Shown one piece after another: positions 12,763 to 25,400 of a DNA stretch of 64,000 nucleotides. Origin of the DNA: Lytechinus pictus (lineage: Eukaryota); the NCBI RefSeq assembly GCF_037042905.1, contig NC_087250.1:19098001-19162000 (forward strand), written 5' to 3'. Below the pieces are notes generated by a model, which saw nothing but the letters and a program-made list of their open reading frames with translations, was not told where the DNA came from and searched no databases. Position 1 is the stretch's first letter, and every line of letters starts with the position of its first letter. Position numbers and translations under genes: made by a program.

Positions 12763-14347
12763 TCATATTGCAAAATGTTCTGGTACCATCTGCTGCTCAC
12801 CATCATCACCAATACTAAATCCTGTATAAACACCGTCCGCTGCTGGGTAGATGGAATGAATTTTCAAGACGGCGCAAGATGGTATCACCTTCCTCACACC
12901 CCTTCCCAGAAGACCATGAATCCAATAGGTGAAGAGACGATATGCAGAGTATCTGTAGGATCTGGTGGGGAAAGATGTCCAAAATAGAAAAAATTATTAA
13001 CAAATTGTAGTATTTAAACATTTGTAAAAATAAAAAAAAATTTCTAAAGTGCATTGATTTTCTACAGCACATGATCTTAAGAGACTTCATCTTGGTGAGT
13101 CAGCCCTTGTAATATTTCTTTCATGTTGGTCATGCGTGTAATGTGATTTTGATTGTTTGATTACGCCTACGGTATTCAATTTTGACCTGGTGTGACTACA
13201 GGTGGACTGGACAAATCCCCATCCGGGCTAGCCAGGCGGCTTCTCGAGAGTAAAAATCATTTATTTCCGACATTTCTGCGCCATCGGGCAAGTCTCTTCT
13301 GTCTTGTCATATTTTTCTCATTTTTTTGATGAATTCTTGTTTAAAAATAAAATCGATGGCGCAGAAAGGTCGGAAATGAAGTTGCATCCCATGTATACCC
13401 AGTTGATGTGTGTCCGGACGATCAATTTTAGAAAGTCATTTGGAAAAATTTACAAGGCCAAGGGAAGTTTTATCAATTTTTAGTACAAAATGTCAGGAAA
13501 TATTATAGAGAACAAGAAGATGATTACAACTATTGAATTCATATTTTTAGTGTAATCCAAAGACAAAAAAGAAGGCTTCAAAAATATAAAGTGTCCGGAC
13601 ACCCGACCCCCCATCCTACATGATTTAGGGCTAACGTTAACATTAGATCTTTTAGAAGTAGAAATCTCGGGGGAGAAAGTTTCAGGTTTTGGCGGCCTAC
13701 ATGCACGTGAATGGATAGGAATACCTGGCTTCATTGGGAGTAATCTTACGTCAGTAAATGATTTTTACTCTCTAACACTAACAGTTAGAGGCCGCCTGGC
13801 TAATCCAGACGTCCCCCAATTTATACTGTACTGTACATGTATATGAAAGTCACAAATGATTGAATTGATTGTTGCAATGATTTCTCTGTAGGCCTGTGCA
13901 CCAAACTATTTGGATTTTGGACATAAATGTCAATAAGAATTTTATGCTATCTTACTCATTTTCAAGGATCCTTGGCAAATTGCCTCGGTGACCTCGCTTG
14001 TCCAGGCGGGCAACAAGCGCAGTTCTCAGCACCGCACGCTCCAGGCAAACTTTTGAAAAATCTTCATTATCTATAATACAGTTCACAGACGGAGACAAAA
14101 ATTGGCGGCAGTTTCCTATCTCGTGGCAACATATGCACTCTATTTGCGTTGGCATCACTCTACAATTTCCACAACTGCACCAGTTATCGTTGTCCAGTCT
14201 ATCTGGTGGTGGTGGCGGTGGCTCAACATCGGCTCCGTTATTGTCTCTCTCGCTGCTGCAACCCGTGCGCCGACGTTCCTCTGCTCGTTGAGCAATTTCT
14301 TCGGCCGAGTATTGCGGCTCGAAGTCGTAGGGTCTCGGGCCTTCCAT
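12763..14347 (-). CDS. KolX / P2X7 cytoplasmic ballast (nanor-like) domain protein, 196 aa; exons 14347-13956 and 12961-12763
   Basis: Exon 1 encodes PYDFEP...WCSCGNCRVMPTQIECICCHEI...CII...FSKVCL. The phase-2 donor GA|GTAAG joins acceptor CCAG|A to give ESYRYSAYRLFTYWIHGLLGRGVRKVIPSCAVLKIHSIYPAADGVYTGF...stop. These are the hallmark motifs of the P2X7 ballast/KolX family. Confidence 0.9.
13221..13810. mobile_element. Inverted-repeat element in the KolX intron
   Basis: TAGCCAGGCGGC..GAGAGTAAAAATCATTT at ~13227-13261 is mirrored at ~13756-13802. There is an internal inverted pair at ~13263-13286 / 13354-13377. Confidence 0.55.
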
Positions 14348-15585
14348 TTCACTCAGTACAAACCGTCCGCGATTGCCGCGATAAGTTTAGTTTTATTTAA
14401 AATCAAAGGTAACAAATAATGAAAATGTTAGATAAACAGAAATAAAGCACGATAGTCAATCAGTCAAAACTTCCAACACGATAACTCGGTTCAGCCTTCC
14501 GTACGCGGTGTTTGCAGCTAGCTAGCTAGCTAGCGGTAAGCTTTGTCAAATTGGCCAATTTGAATATCGTAAATAAATGTGTAAAAAAAACTCATCAAAG
14601 CTCATCAATTTGTGTTTTTATACCATAAAATAATTAAAATACCTTATTTATAATATTTTTAAGAGTATTAGATCTATATTTTATTTATTTTTGGTAGAAA
14701 GGTATCTATATTATGCAAACATCGTGGCGGTTTCAACCCGTATAGCTATGCACATTGAAAGTGCTACCGAGACAGTTGTACGTCGATGACGTCACGAATT
14801 TGAACGAACCCCGAAACAATGGCGACCTCCATTCAGAGACTTCGAACCTGAAAAAGCCCAACTTTGAAGAGGTGGTACTCGATACTGGGAAATCGGATTT
14901 GGGTATAACTGGAATCATTTTGATTGTCATGTTCTTATCAATGATACTATGTGGTATTATATTTTGGGTTTCATTCTCCTTTAATTTCGGGTTGAAACCC
15001 TTTTCTGTTTATTTTCATTTTTTTCATCTTTTTTATTTTCTATTTTTGGGGGGCTTGTCAAATTTTATCTCCGGAAAATGTGCCCGCCCCCTTTAAAAAT
15101 CCTGGATTCGCCCCTGCTCTAGAGCTTCTTCACAAGCCAATAGGAGAAACATGAGAAAGGATGCGAGATAATACGTAGGCCTACGGAGTAGACTATACTG
15201 TAATCAAATATAAAAGTCTTACAATGGGCTAAAACAGAAAAAATAAACGATGGATTATGCTTTTACATTTTTATAAATGATAATAAAAGGGGGTATCCAC
15301 CCTTTCACTGCTCGCAACATTTTTTCCCAAACGTCCTATTGCTCCCACCACACTTCAATTCTGGTGTAGGGAGATCTATCTACTGGCCTATATAAATCCA
15401 ATTATTCAATCAGTAACAACATTGATTCTTACTGCATGTATATCAATATATAAAATACTTAAGGGAGTAATAGGGTTTGGGCATTATAGGGTATTAGGGA
15501 AAAATATGGAAGCCAAGAATACGACTTTTCCTTTCTTTATTTGAATTGTATGGTAGCTAAATCTTAGTCTGATATGTTTATAATT

Positions 15586-16338
15586 GTGCGTCCCAGAAAA
15601 AACGAAACTGAGATTTATCGATGATTTATCATAACTTAATCACAAATACAATAGACAAGTGACCTACCATTGTAAAGCTTAGTATCTCCTCCTTTATCTG
15701 GAATTACTTGAATTATTTCTCATTCACGCATGAGTGAGCAAAAACAATTTGAAGAGGGGATACTAAAAAGTCATTTAGCAGGTTGTATCTGGGTTTCAAA
15801 AAAGAAAACCCCATTTTCAAAAAGTTCAATATCTGCTCTTAAACTGATACCTCAATTACAGAAAATGGTCAAGAAATAACAAAGTTCTGGTTATTTGAAA
15901 TAAAGCTTGAATTTCAATAATTTCATAAAATAATGAGGCTTTACAGGCTAGCATTCTGAGTCACTCGAACTTCGTTTTGTTGACGATCAGCCATGCATTA
16001 AAGTCTTTTGTAAACCGTGCGATAGCTTCTTTGGGAAACCGGTGAAAACACGTTTATTTAATGAAATTATGGGAATACAAGCATTGTTTCGAGGGAACAG
16101 AACTCTTTTTATTTCTTGACCATTTTCTGTGATTAAGGTATCAAATAAAAGAGCAGATATTGAACTTTTTAGGCATGTGATTTTCTTTTTGAAATTCAGA
16201 TTACCCCCGTCAAATTAGTTTTTGGTATCCTTTCTTCAAATTGTTTTTGCTCACTCATGCGTGAATTGTCTATTGTATTTGTGATTAAGTTATGATAAAT
16301 CATCGATAAATCTCGGTTTCGTTTTTTGTGGGACGCAG
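15586..16338. mobile_element. Foldback MITE (Tc1/mariner-like ends), same family as 24092-24912
   Basis: GTGCGTCCCAGAAAAAACGAAACTGAGATTT ... AAATCTCGGTTTCGTTTTTTGTGGGACGCA, with inverted arms of several hundred bp; high similarity to the copy at 24092. Confidence 0.85.
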
Positions 16339-16489
16339 CTATAGCTAGAAAGCGTGAATAATCATCTAGATTTAACATTCTTAATTTTATGCTACAATAA
16401 ATAAATCAGACTATTTCTTAAATGATAGTCTCAAATTTCTCCAGCCTTAGTTCTGTTTAAAGTTATAATATCGCTAATCTTTCCTACAG

Positions 16490-19400
16490 ATGCAGATAAG
16501 CAATGGGAAAGGATGCGAACATTTCCCCGTGTTTCTTTCGATGATGAATCCGGCTCGGTAAATTTCAATTCGATTTCTATGAATACATATGTTTTCTGAC
16601 GTATTCCCCATTTTTTACATACATTTGCACTGTGTAATTACTTTTTGTACGGTATATAGTAGACTATTCGCGAATTCGGCGTGGACGTAAAGAATTGATC
16701 ATGTCATATAGCAACAGCACATTTCTCAATCTGAAATCTGTGGCAGCAGAGTCGATTTGACAGTCCCATAGGCTCAATACACCAACCTAGAAATGTTCTT
16801 TCCGATGAAGTTTTTTTCTTGATTCGTGTTCCTATGGCGTCCTAGAACAAATTTAGCTTGGTTGCCCAAAGTTGCCGCTTGGGCAATTTTGATAATTTGC
16901 ATGAATTCAAAATTGCCGCCAGATGCCATCTTGAAAAATTGAATTTTGATCCCCTTGCCCAAGAATGCCGAGTAATACCTCTGTTTAGGGGTTTTGGAGT
17001 ATGTAGAATCTCTTTCTGCTTTCTATTTTGCAAGGTAATGTCATCTTCAGGTCAAATCCAAGATGGCCGGCAGATGATGCCATTTTGATAAATTAACTTC
17101 TCAACCCTTTTTCCCAGAATCATGAATAATACCTCTTTTCGTGAGTTATTTGGTATGTTGATTCCATTTCTGTTAATAATTTTGCAATATAGGATCATCT
17201 CCAGATCAATGTGCAAGATGGCCGCTAAACGCCATATTAAAAAAAATACTTCCCGAGACTATTGAACCTTGAAGAAGTACTCTCCCCAATGAGGCTAGTA
17301 TGTATAGGAGCTCAAGTAATGGGATTTCAGTAAGAATTATTCATTTCTTTTAATCACTCCATTTTTAGTTCGAGGTCAAGTCAAATCTAAGACGGTCAGA
17401 TGGTTGATAGATTTCGTCATTAACCGCTCACTTTAGAATGAAAACATTCAAGGTTTGGGCTATGATCTATTTCGGGAGCTTTAATTAATCCTTTTTGTTC
17501 TGTCAAACCATACTTTTCTAGTGAAAGGACTTCAAAGTATTACTTGAATTAAAAAGTGATTTTTCCGTATTTTTTTCCAAAAAATAGTTAACTTACTAAC
17601 TTCTTTTATAATTACCATTGGACTTTTCGTACTGAGCCATTGACTTGGTCAGCAGGAGTGCACTCTTTATAGTCTCCTGCAAAAGTTAGGCTCCCCAAGA
17701 CTGTTCCATGGTCATTTCATTCAATGAGTACACTTTGCTACATCGCTGGAACATCTGGAAGCCTCCCTCAGTTCCTGTGAGCAGTGGCGTGAAGCAAGAA
17801 AGGGTGCGCCTGGCCCTGACACTCTTTGGGATTGCTTCCCCAGTATGCATTTGGCAAATGCAAAGAAGGCTTCTAGGAAACTCTTCAACTTCGACCGACT
17901 AGGTACTAAGCAATGGACAGGATGGTTCCCATTCGTGAGATGTTGTACGGACACGATATCACCCCTGCCTCTCAAGAAGTGGGACTACAAGACCTAGTCA
18001 TATACAGCTACCTGGCCTGTGCATGTAAGGAGTTTGAATCACCCATCAGCCTGTGAGACAGAAATCCTGATCGACTCAAGACACTGATTGTCCTCTAGAT
18101 ACCTCTATCAACAGCATGCAGACGTCTGGTTGTGGTGGACTCCTCACCTACCTATCTGTCTCTAGCTCCCTTTCACTGGACAGGGAGATAAGCACCAGGA
18201 TAGGAAAATCTGTCAGTCATGGCCAAGCTCCTGTACGGAAGTAAGTCCTAGAAAACGTACGCCGACCAAGAAAAGTGGCTTAACACCTTCCATATGTCAT
18301 CTGCGCTTCAAGACAGTGGTTGTGGCATGTTCGCCGCATGAAACCTTGGCGAATCCCTTCTTGAATTTGCCAAGGTAAGGTGAGCTGTGTGATTGGTCTC
18401 ACCCCATCGGTAGATCACACTTCGGTTCAGTGGCGTACCTTGGGTCATGGTATTGGGGGGGGGGCACCAGCAAAAATTTCGAGTCACTTAGTTGCCAGTT
18501 ATACTGACCTAATAAAGATATTTTAAGGACATGCAGTGCCATTAAACGGATATGTATCTCACTGATTAAATAATGCGAGCGCGAAGCGCGAGCTCAAACT
18601 TTTTGATATTCAGAGCTAAAAAGGGACATTATAAGCACATTTTTTGTAATCATGATACGTAACTGTCTCGCTAAACAAACAATGCGAGCGCGTAGCGCAA
18701 ACTAAAATTTTTGTATATATTGACCCTAAACAGGGACATCTTAAGGACTATATTTCCGAATCCATTAAGAGTATAAATATCTCACCATAGTCATCTAATG
18801 CAAGTGCCATCCTTTGCTATCATACGCATCTTACTAATCAAATACTGCAAGCGCGAAGCGCGAGCTGAAAATTTAGGAAATTCAGACCTGAAGGGGGGCA
18901 TTCTAAGGCTTGTTTGTAGGAATTCACTATTAAAGACCCTACGTATTTTACTAACCAAATGATGCGAGCGCGAAGCGCGAGCTGAAAATTTTTGATATTC
19001 AGATCAGAAAAATTGACATTTTAAGGACTGATTATAGGAGTTCATGAAGAGCAGAAATCTCACCAATCCACTAATGCGAACGTAAGCACGGACAGGCAAT
19101 GTTTTATATTAAAACCTTAAAATAGAGCAATCACTTTAAGTAGTCATGAAAAAATAAATGTCACTACATAAAACAATAATAACTGGAATTGCGAGGAAAT
19201 ATATTTGGTGTATATTTATTTGAAAACGGGAGGTTTTAGTACAACAGGATTATATATCTCGTTAAACAGTCTATGCGAGCACCAGGAACAATGAAGACAC
19301 AATGAAGGAAATTATGTTTCATAAAGTTATGAAAGAAATGCTTCTTATATAACATAACATAATATAACATTGTTATGAACAATAATTTTCTTTCTTTTTT

Positions 19401-22400
19401 TTTTGGGGGGGGGCGGCCGATGGGGGGGGGGCACGTGCCCCCATGCCCCCCCCCCCCCCCCCGCAGTTACGCCACTGCCTCTGTTACAGAGACACATACA
19501 AACGTGACATAAAACTCGCCGGCATATACACTAACACTTTTGGAGATGTAGATGATAGTCGCAATTCCATGGAAAGCTACTAAGTGCAGGTGTCAAGACA
19601 TCAGAAAATAGTCGGAATGCTAGATTGGCAGACCAAAGACCTAGCAGGAAAGCTAGGGCAGCATCTCTATCTAAACCTGTCTCAGCGCCATCCTCCTTTA
19701 TCTGTAAAAATTTGCTCTAGAGACTGCCACTCTAAAGCGGAGCTCTACAGTCACTCACGAAAATGTAAGACTTAGCGCTACACCATCGTCTTTTAAGGCG
19801 AATTGAAACCTACCAATCATTGGACACATTGATTAAAAAAAAAAATATTGAGAAAACACTTAAAATAAGACTCTAAGCCTCTTCAGTACAAAAGTATGGA
19901 TGGACAGTAAAACAAATAAAAATACATGCGAAATGTATCATAGCCCAAACCTAAAGAGGATTTATCCTAAGGTGAGCAGTTAATGTCGAAATCTGACATC
20001 TCAGATGTGACTCCATCTTGACCTAAAACTTACTGAAATCCGTTTACATTAGCTCTTACACGTATAAGCCTCGGAGAGTTTTTTTTTCAAGATGGCGGTT
20101 TGCGGCCATCGTAGATTTGATCTGAAGATTATCCTTTATGCAAAATTACAATATTAATTGAATCAACATACCAAATGACTCACGAATAGAATTATTATTC
20201 ATGATTCTAGGACAAAGGGTTCAAAAGTTTATATTTCAAGATGGCGTCATCTGGCGGCCATCTTGGATTTGACCTGAAGATGACATTATATTGCAAAATA
20301 GATAGCAGAAATGGATTCTACACATCCCAAAACCCCGAAACAAAGGTATTACTCATTATTCTGGGGCAAGGGGATCAACTCTAATTTTTCAAGTTGGCAT
20401 CTGGCGGCCATATTGGATTTGACCTGAAGATGACCTTATATTGCAAAAATGATAACAGAAATCGATTCTACACCCCTCTAAACCCCTATAAAGAGTCATT
20501 ACTCATCATTTTGGGGAAAGGGGTTCAAAAGTTAGGTTTTCAAGATGGCATCTGGCGGCCATTTTGGATTTATGCAAATTAGCAAAATCGCCCAAACGGC
20601 AACTTTGGGCAACCAAGCTGAATTTGTTCTGGGACCCCAAAGGAACACGAATCAGGAAAAAAACTTCATCTGAAAGAACATTTCTAGGTTCGGAAAATGT
20701 CAAATCGACTAACATCTACGTCCGCGAACAAGACGGTCAAGATATTAGGACGCACCGCCAGTGTTCCATACCATGAAAGTTGATATGCCAGGCATACTCG
20801 ATACATGCCTCGTCCTGTTTCACTCTACCAACTGAAGGGGAAGGTGGGGGTAAGTTGAGCCATTGTTTGCCTTTTTCCTGATAGAAGTTATATGATTCAT
20901 AATCTTGTGGAAATAAGCACCTTGACTTAGATTTTTGGGAAACACCTTTATACCTACATATAACATTCTACCACCACACTGAAAGTCGCTGTCACCTTTG
21001 GAAAAAAAATACTTGGCTCAAGTTGCCCTACCCATGGGATAAGTTGAGCCACCTTCTGGAGTAAGTTGAGCCACAAGAAGTCAGAACTATGTACAAAAGG
21101 TATGGGACAAGAACCAGCATGACAATTTTTTACTTGGCTCAACCTACCCCAGTCCAAACTTAGTGTGATATTTTCACATCCACATATTCCTTAGGCATCC
21201 ATCATGCAAAAGACTAAAACAAGAATGAGGATCCATACCTGGACTAACAATATTGTTATTATGCCTTCACTATACTTAAAGATGCATATGGGTAAAGCGC
21301 TTATCTATTTCACCCACTTTTGGGGGGGGGCTGAAATTTATATTTTTTCCTCTGAAATTTTTTTATTTTTTGTTTCAACGTTGAAAACAATATGGTGGGG
21401 TTAGGGAGTTATGCAATGGGTCATCAATATATGACACCACTCATTATCGGCCTGGGGGTGGTGGCCTAACTTAAAGTAACCCCGCCTTCCCCTACTGTGA
21501 ACATAGAGCAGGCTTTATGACGTAACTCCGTATTGATCAGTCCACTAGTGGAGTAACAAATGGAAAAGTAGCTGTTTGTTTTTTGCTTTACACCCGATTT
21601 TCATCTTGCCTGTAATAATTCTTGACTCTAATCAGGATAGCAATTAATGAGCAACGTCCTATTATAGTCACTATTTCAATTATGGGCAAAAACTCGAATG
21701 GAGAATATTCAATTGGGCAAGTTAATATTCCAAAAATATTTTTTATTCCAAAATACCTAGGCTCGCATATCATGCCGTACTTTTACAAACATGACACAGA
21801 AGCGAATCTATGAGGTTTTTCGTCATTTCTACGTTTACGATGCTTTTGTGAGAGACGTGCAGACTGGGACACGAGCGATGTTGCAGTCAAGCTTTTCTCG
21901 GGAAGAGGGTCTCCAGCGAGTGACAAAAGCTTTGATTGACAGGCTCATATCTACCGGACAGATGACAGGTACTAAAATTGTATTGTTCTATTTATCATTT
22001 AGAATTTAGCCCTATACCAAATGCAGACGGCCAATTATGCCTCTTCAAATTCAATCCGACCAAAGACAAAATAAAAAAAAACTGCTCGGTAGCGACCACC
22101 TTTGGCTCTTTTCTCCCTGTTTTGATCTTAAAATATGTTTTCTTGACATAAATCTATATTTTTATGTTTGTTCTTCCATCATAATTTTCCTATCTGGAGA
22201 ATTTTTTTGTAGTACGCGTTTTTCTCCTGTTCTTTATTTCATGTCCCTTTTGCTAAAACCTCGGTAGGCCTATCCCCCGTACCACACGCGGAAAGGACTG
22301 AGAGTGGGGTCGTAAGTTATTGCAGAAACTTATTTTTTTTATTTTGTTTCGATAGTAATTTTTGTTTGCATTTGAAAACAATTGCAAGATAAATTTATGG

Positions 22401-25400
22401 ACCAATGAAAAATTATCTGAAATATATAAACAGAAATAAATATATATATCTCTTAATCGGTAGAATCATCATCATGCTTGGTGCCCGCTTACTCATCCCC
22501 TCTCCTGCTCATCCAAGGAGCTTGCCCGCCAGAACTTGGAATCAAGTGCGACACAGTATGCGAGTTTGCTTGCAGTGACAGCAGCTACACATTGGTGGGG
22601 AGTTCTACAATAAGATGCCAGCCAAACGGAACTCTTTCGGATAAATTTCCCCATTGTAAAGGTGCGTGTGTGTTAGCTTGATCAATTAAGTACACTCTTA
22701 TAATAGTTGGGCAAAAAATGCCCAACTCTTTAATAACCCTGGGCAACATACTGTCCACACTAGTATTTTTAGAGCTAAATTTCCCTTGGTGGGTACAGAG
22801 GCTCGCTTATAGCGAGGGCTATTTCATATTAGACGTTGACAGAGGGGTTGACTTCCTGATTTCCTCAGCCAGTGTTCACTGGGTTGAGTTCGGGGTCCGT
22901 TCGGGGTCCGTGGGAACAATTGCTCTCTCAAATGTTAGCTTGGGGAAAGAAATATTTTTTATATCGACGTCCAATCCCGTCCAATCTGGACTAGGCCATG
23001 GTCTTGAAGGGATGCAGTGCCAAGGTCGTTGAGACTCCAAATTCTAGTCTTTCGGATCCTAAAGCCCTACTGTTTTAGAGAACCAACTTTAAAGCACACT
23101 GAATGTTTTGATGAAAAACGTATTTGTTTTCCCTTTCAAAAACGCAAGTTATCACACATTCCAATTCCAAATGAGTGAACTTAACCGATCAGAAATTTAT
23201 TTGGGTTCATCCATCCTCTCCGTCATTGTAGGCCAATGCTCTATCGGAGACAAATCCTCAAGATTAGATCTAATGTCCGATAATTTCCATTCTTTGATTT
23301 CCTCATTATTTCATTAAACAGCAAATGAGGAACATACCACACAGGTCACCACGACAAAGACAACATCTACTCCACATCATGTTGTACACACCACTTTACC
23401 ATCCACGACAACAAATACACATTCCACCCCGAGGAGATTTACCACAAGAACGGCGCAACCTGAAAATGGCACTACACCGGGAAGTCGCACAGGTCATACC
23501 ACACCATCGACAACAGGAATGCCTTCGACGACTGGTTCATCAACTACCTCCGAAGATATTAGTACAACCACACGTTCTCCTACAAAGAAGGACCCAACGT
23601 CAAAGGCGGTACCTACCATGTCTACCAAGGCGGATAGACCTACAGACAAGAGTTCTTCTACTGTGTCTTCTACAAGTTCTGTTCCTGGCTTGCCCCATAG
23701 TAAGTTCTGCGATGTTCGGAAACAGACAAATTCTCGACCTGTTTTTCATCCTATGTTTCTTCCCCCCGACGCATAATGCAAGGTATATGCCCCCCTTCCT
23801 CCCAAAATCCTGGATCCGCCCCGTCTCCATCACAATCTCACCTCCTAAAAACAATTTTGCCTACAGATCTTAAAAAATGCTGAGTGAATACATATTTCAC
23901 ATAAATATCTCGGGTGGTATTCTGAGATCTATTTTATCTTAGAAGAAAATATTTATTCTCCGTTAAAATAAGTGAGATAAATACCCTTAAAATCTCTCCG
24001 AATTTGTATTCTAAAAACCATTTGATCTTCATTTTATCTCTGTAAGACACCTATTTTTGAAGCAATATCCAATGAGAAATGCGGTTTTATACAGTGCGTC
24101 CCACAAAAAACGAAACCGAGATTTATCGATGATTTATCATAACTTAGTCACAAATACAATGGACAAATGACCCACCATTGTAAAGCTTAGAATTTCCTCT
24201 TTCATCTGAAAGTACGAAGATTATTTCTAATTCACGCATGAGTGAGCAAAAACAATTTGAAGAGGGGATACCAAAAAGTCATTTGGCGGGCTATATCTGA
24301 GTTTCAAAAAGAAAACCACATTTTCAAATAGTTCAATATCTGCTCTTTAATTTGATACCTCAATTACAGAAAATGGTCAAGAAATAACAAAGTTCTGGTT
24401 ATTTGAAATAAGGCTTGAATTTCAATAATTTCATAAAAATTAAGAGGTTCTCCAGGCTAGCGTTCAAACTCACTTGACACTCCGTTTTGTTGACGATCAG
24501 CCATGCATTAAGTCTTTTGTAAACCATGCGTAAGCTTCTGTGGGAAACCGGTGAAAACACGTTTATTTAATGAAATTATGGAAATGCAAGCATTGTTTCG
24601 AGGGAACATAACTATTTTACTTCTTGACCATTTTTTATGATTAAGGTATCAAATAAAAAAGCAGGTATTGAACTTTTTAGGCATGTGATTTTATTTTTGA
24701 AATTCAGATACCACACGCCAAATGAGATTTTGGTATCCTTTCTTAAAATTGTTTTTGCTCACTCATGCGTGAATAGGGAATAATCTAAGTAATATCAGAT
24801 GAAAGAAGAGGTTCTAAGCTTTACATTGGTAGGTCATTTGTCTATTGTATTTGTGATTAAGTTATGATATATCCTCGCTTAAACTCGGTTTCGTTTTTTC
24901 TGGGACGCACTGTATAGCTCTCTCATCTCATTCAACCAATGAAAATCCATTCCTTTATCAAAATGCCATTTCGACATTTTGATGGGTGTCACGTGACGTA
25001 TTGCATGAGGAATCTGCTGCGATATTACGATTCGTGACAGGTGACGTAATGTATCGTCATGTGTCAGAAAGCTGTGGTAGTAATGGACGGTCAACACATA
25101 ATGCCACATTCTGCAACAATGATAATTTGATCGTTGGCGTTGCATTGCCGGTAGTAGCAGAACCTCTCAATGCAAAGGTTTCTTAATATACAACTGGTTT
25201 AAATTTCTTGCCTGTATTTATGTAATAACAATATGTTCCTTTGAATAGCGCAGCTACTATAATTGCATATACTCTACTGAGCTTGATACTTGGTATCATA
25301 TCATTTACCCCGGCTGTAGCTGAGGCGCCGTATTGTCGCTAAAGCATTCAAGGAATAAATCCTACCGGGTACCATTCACCTCACCTGGATTGAGTGCAGC

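Larger units (their letters stand above)
1..14980 (+). mobile_element. Kolobok-superfamily DNA transposon (left end outside the window); transposase plus convergent KolX gene
   Basis: DDE transposase on + and a Cys-rich KolX/P2X7-ballast-like gene on -, facing each other, which is the known Kolobok two-gene layout. The right terminus reads ...GTTTCATTCTCCT|TTAA (14980 | 14981-14984), i.e. TTAA-AGGAG on the - strand, the Kolobok/T2 terminal signature. The left TIR is not visible, so this end is unpaired. Confidence 0.8.
16749..20711. mobile_element. Long-TIR foldback DNA element (possibly Academ-like) carrying a nested LINE and MITE
   Basis: AGTCGATTTGACA at ~16750 is mirrored by TGTCAAATCGACTA ending at 20711. 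Arms ~16750-17590 and ~19845-20711 are reverse complements and are built partly of ~120 bp CAAGATGGC..GGCGGCCAT subrepeats. Confidence 0.7.

Noticed and set aside
14755..15096. 113 aa hydrophobic ORF
   Set aside because: Straddles the transposon terminus and T-rich flank, starts at TTG, and has no recognisable motif.
15081..15116. CCCCCT|TTAA as an alternative Kolobok right end
   Set aside because: The context (AATCCTGGATTCGCCCCTG) matches the end of a different small repeat, also seen at ~23805-23822. 14980 is the better fit, though unproven without the left TIR.
21810..21851. MRFFVISTFTMLL as a signal peptide for the receptor
   Set aside because: Stops immediately, its GT donor is phase 2 (incompatible with the sushi exon), and it overlaps the better exon 21761-21968 in another frame.
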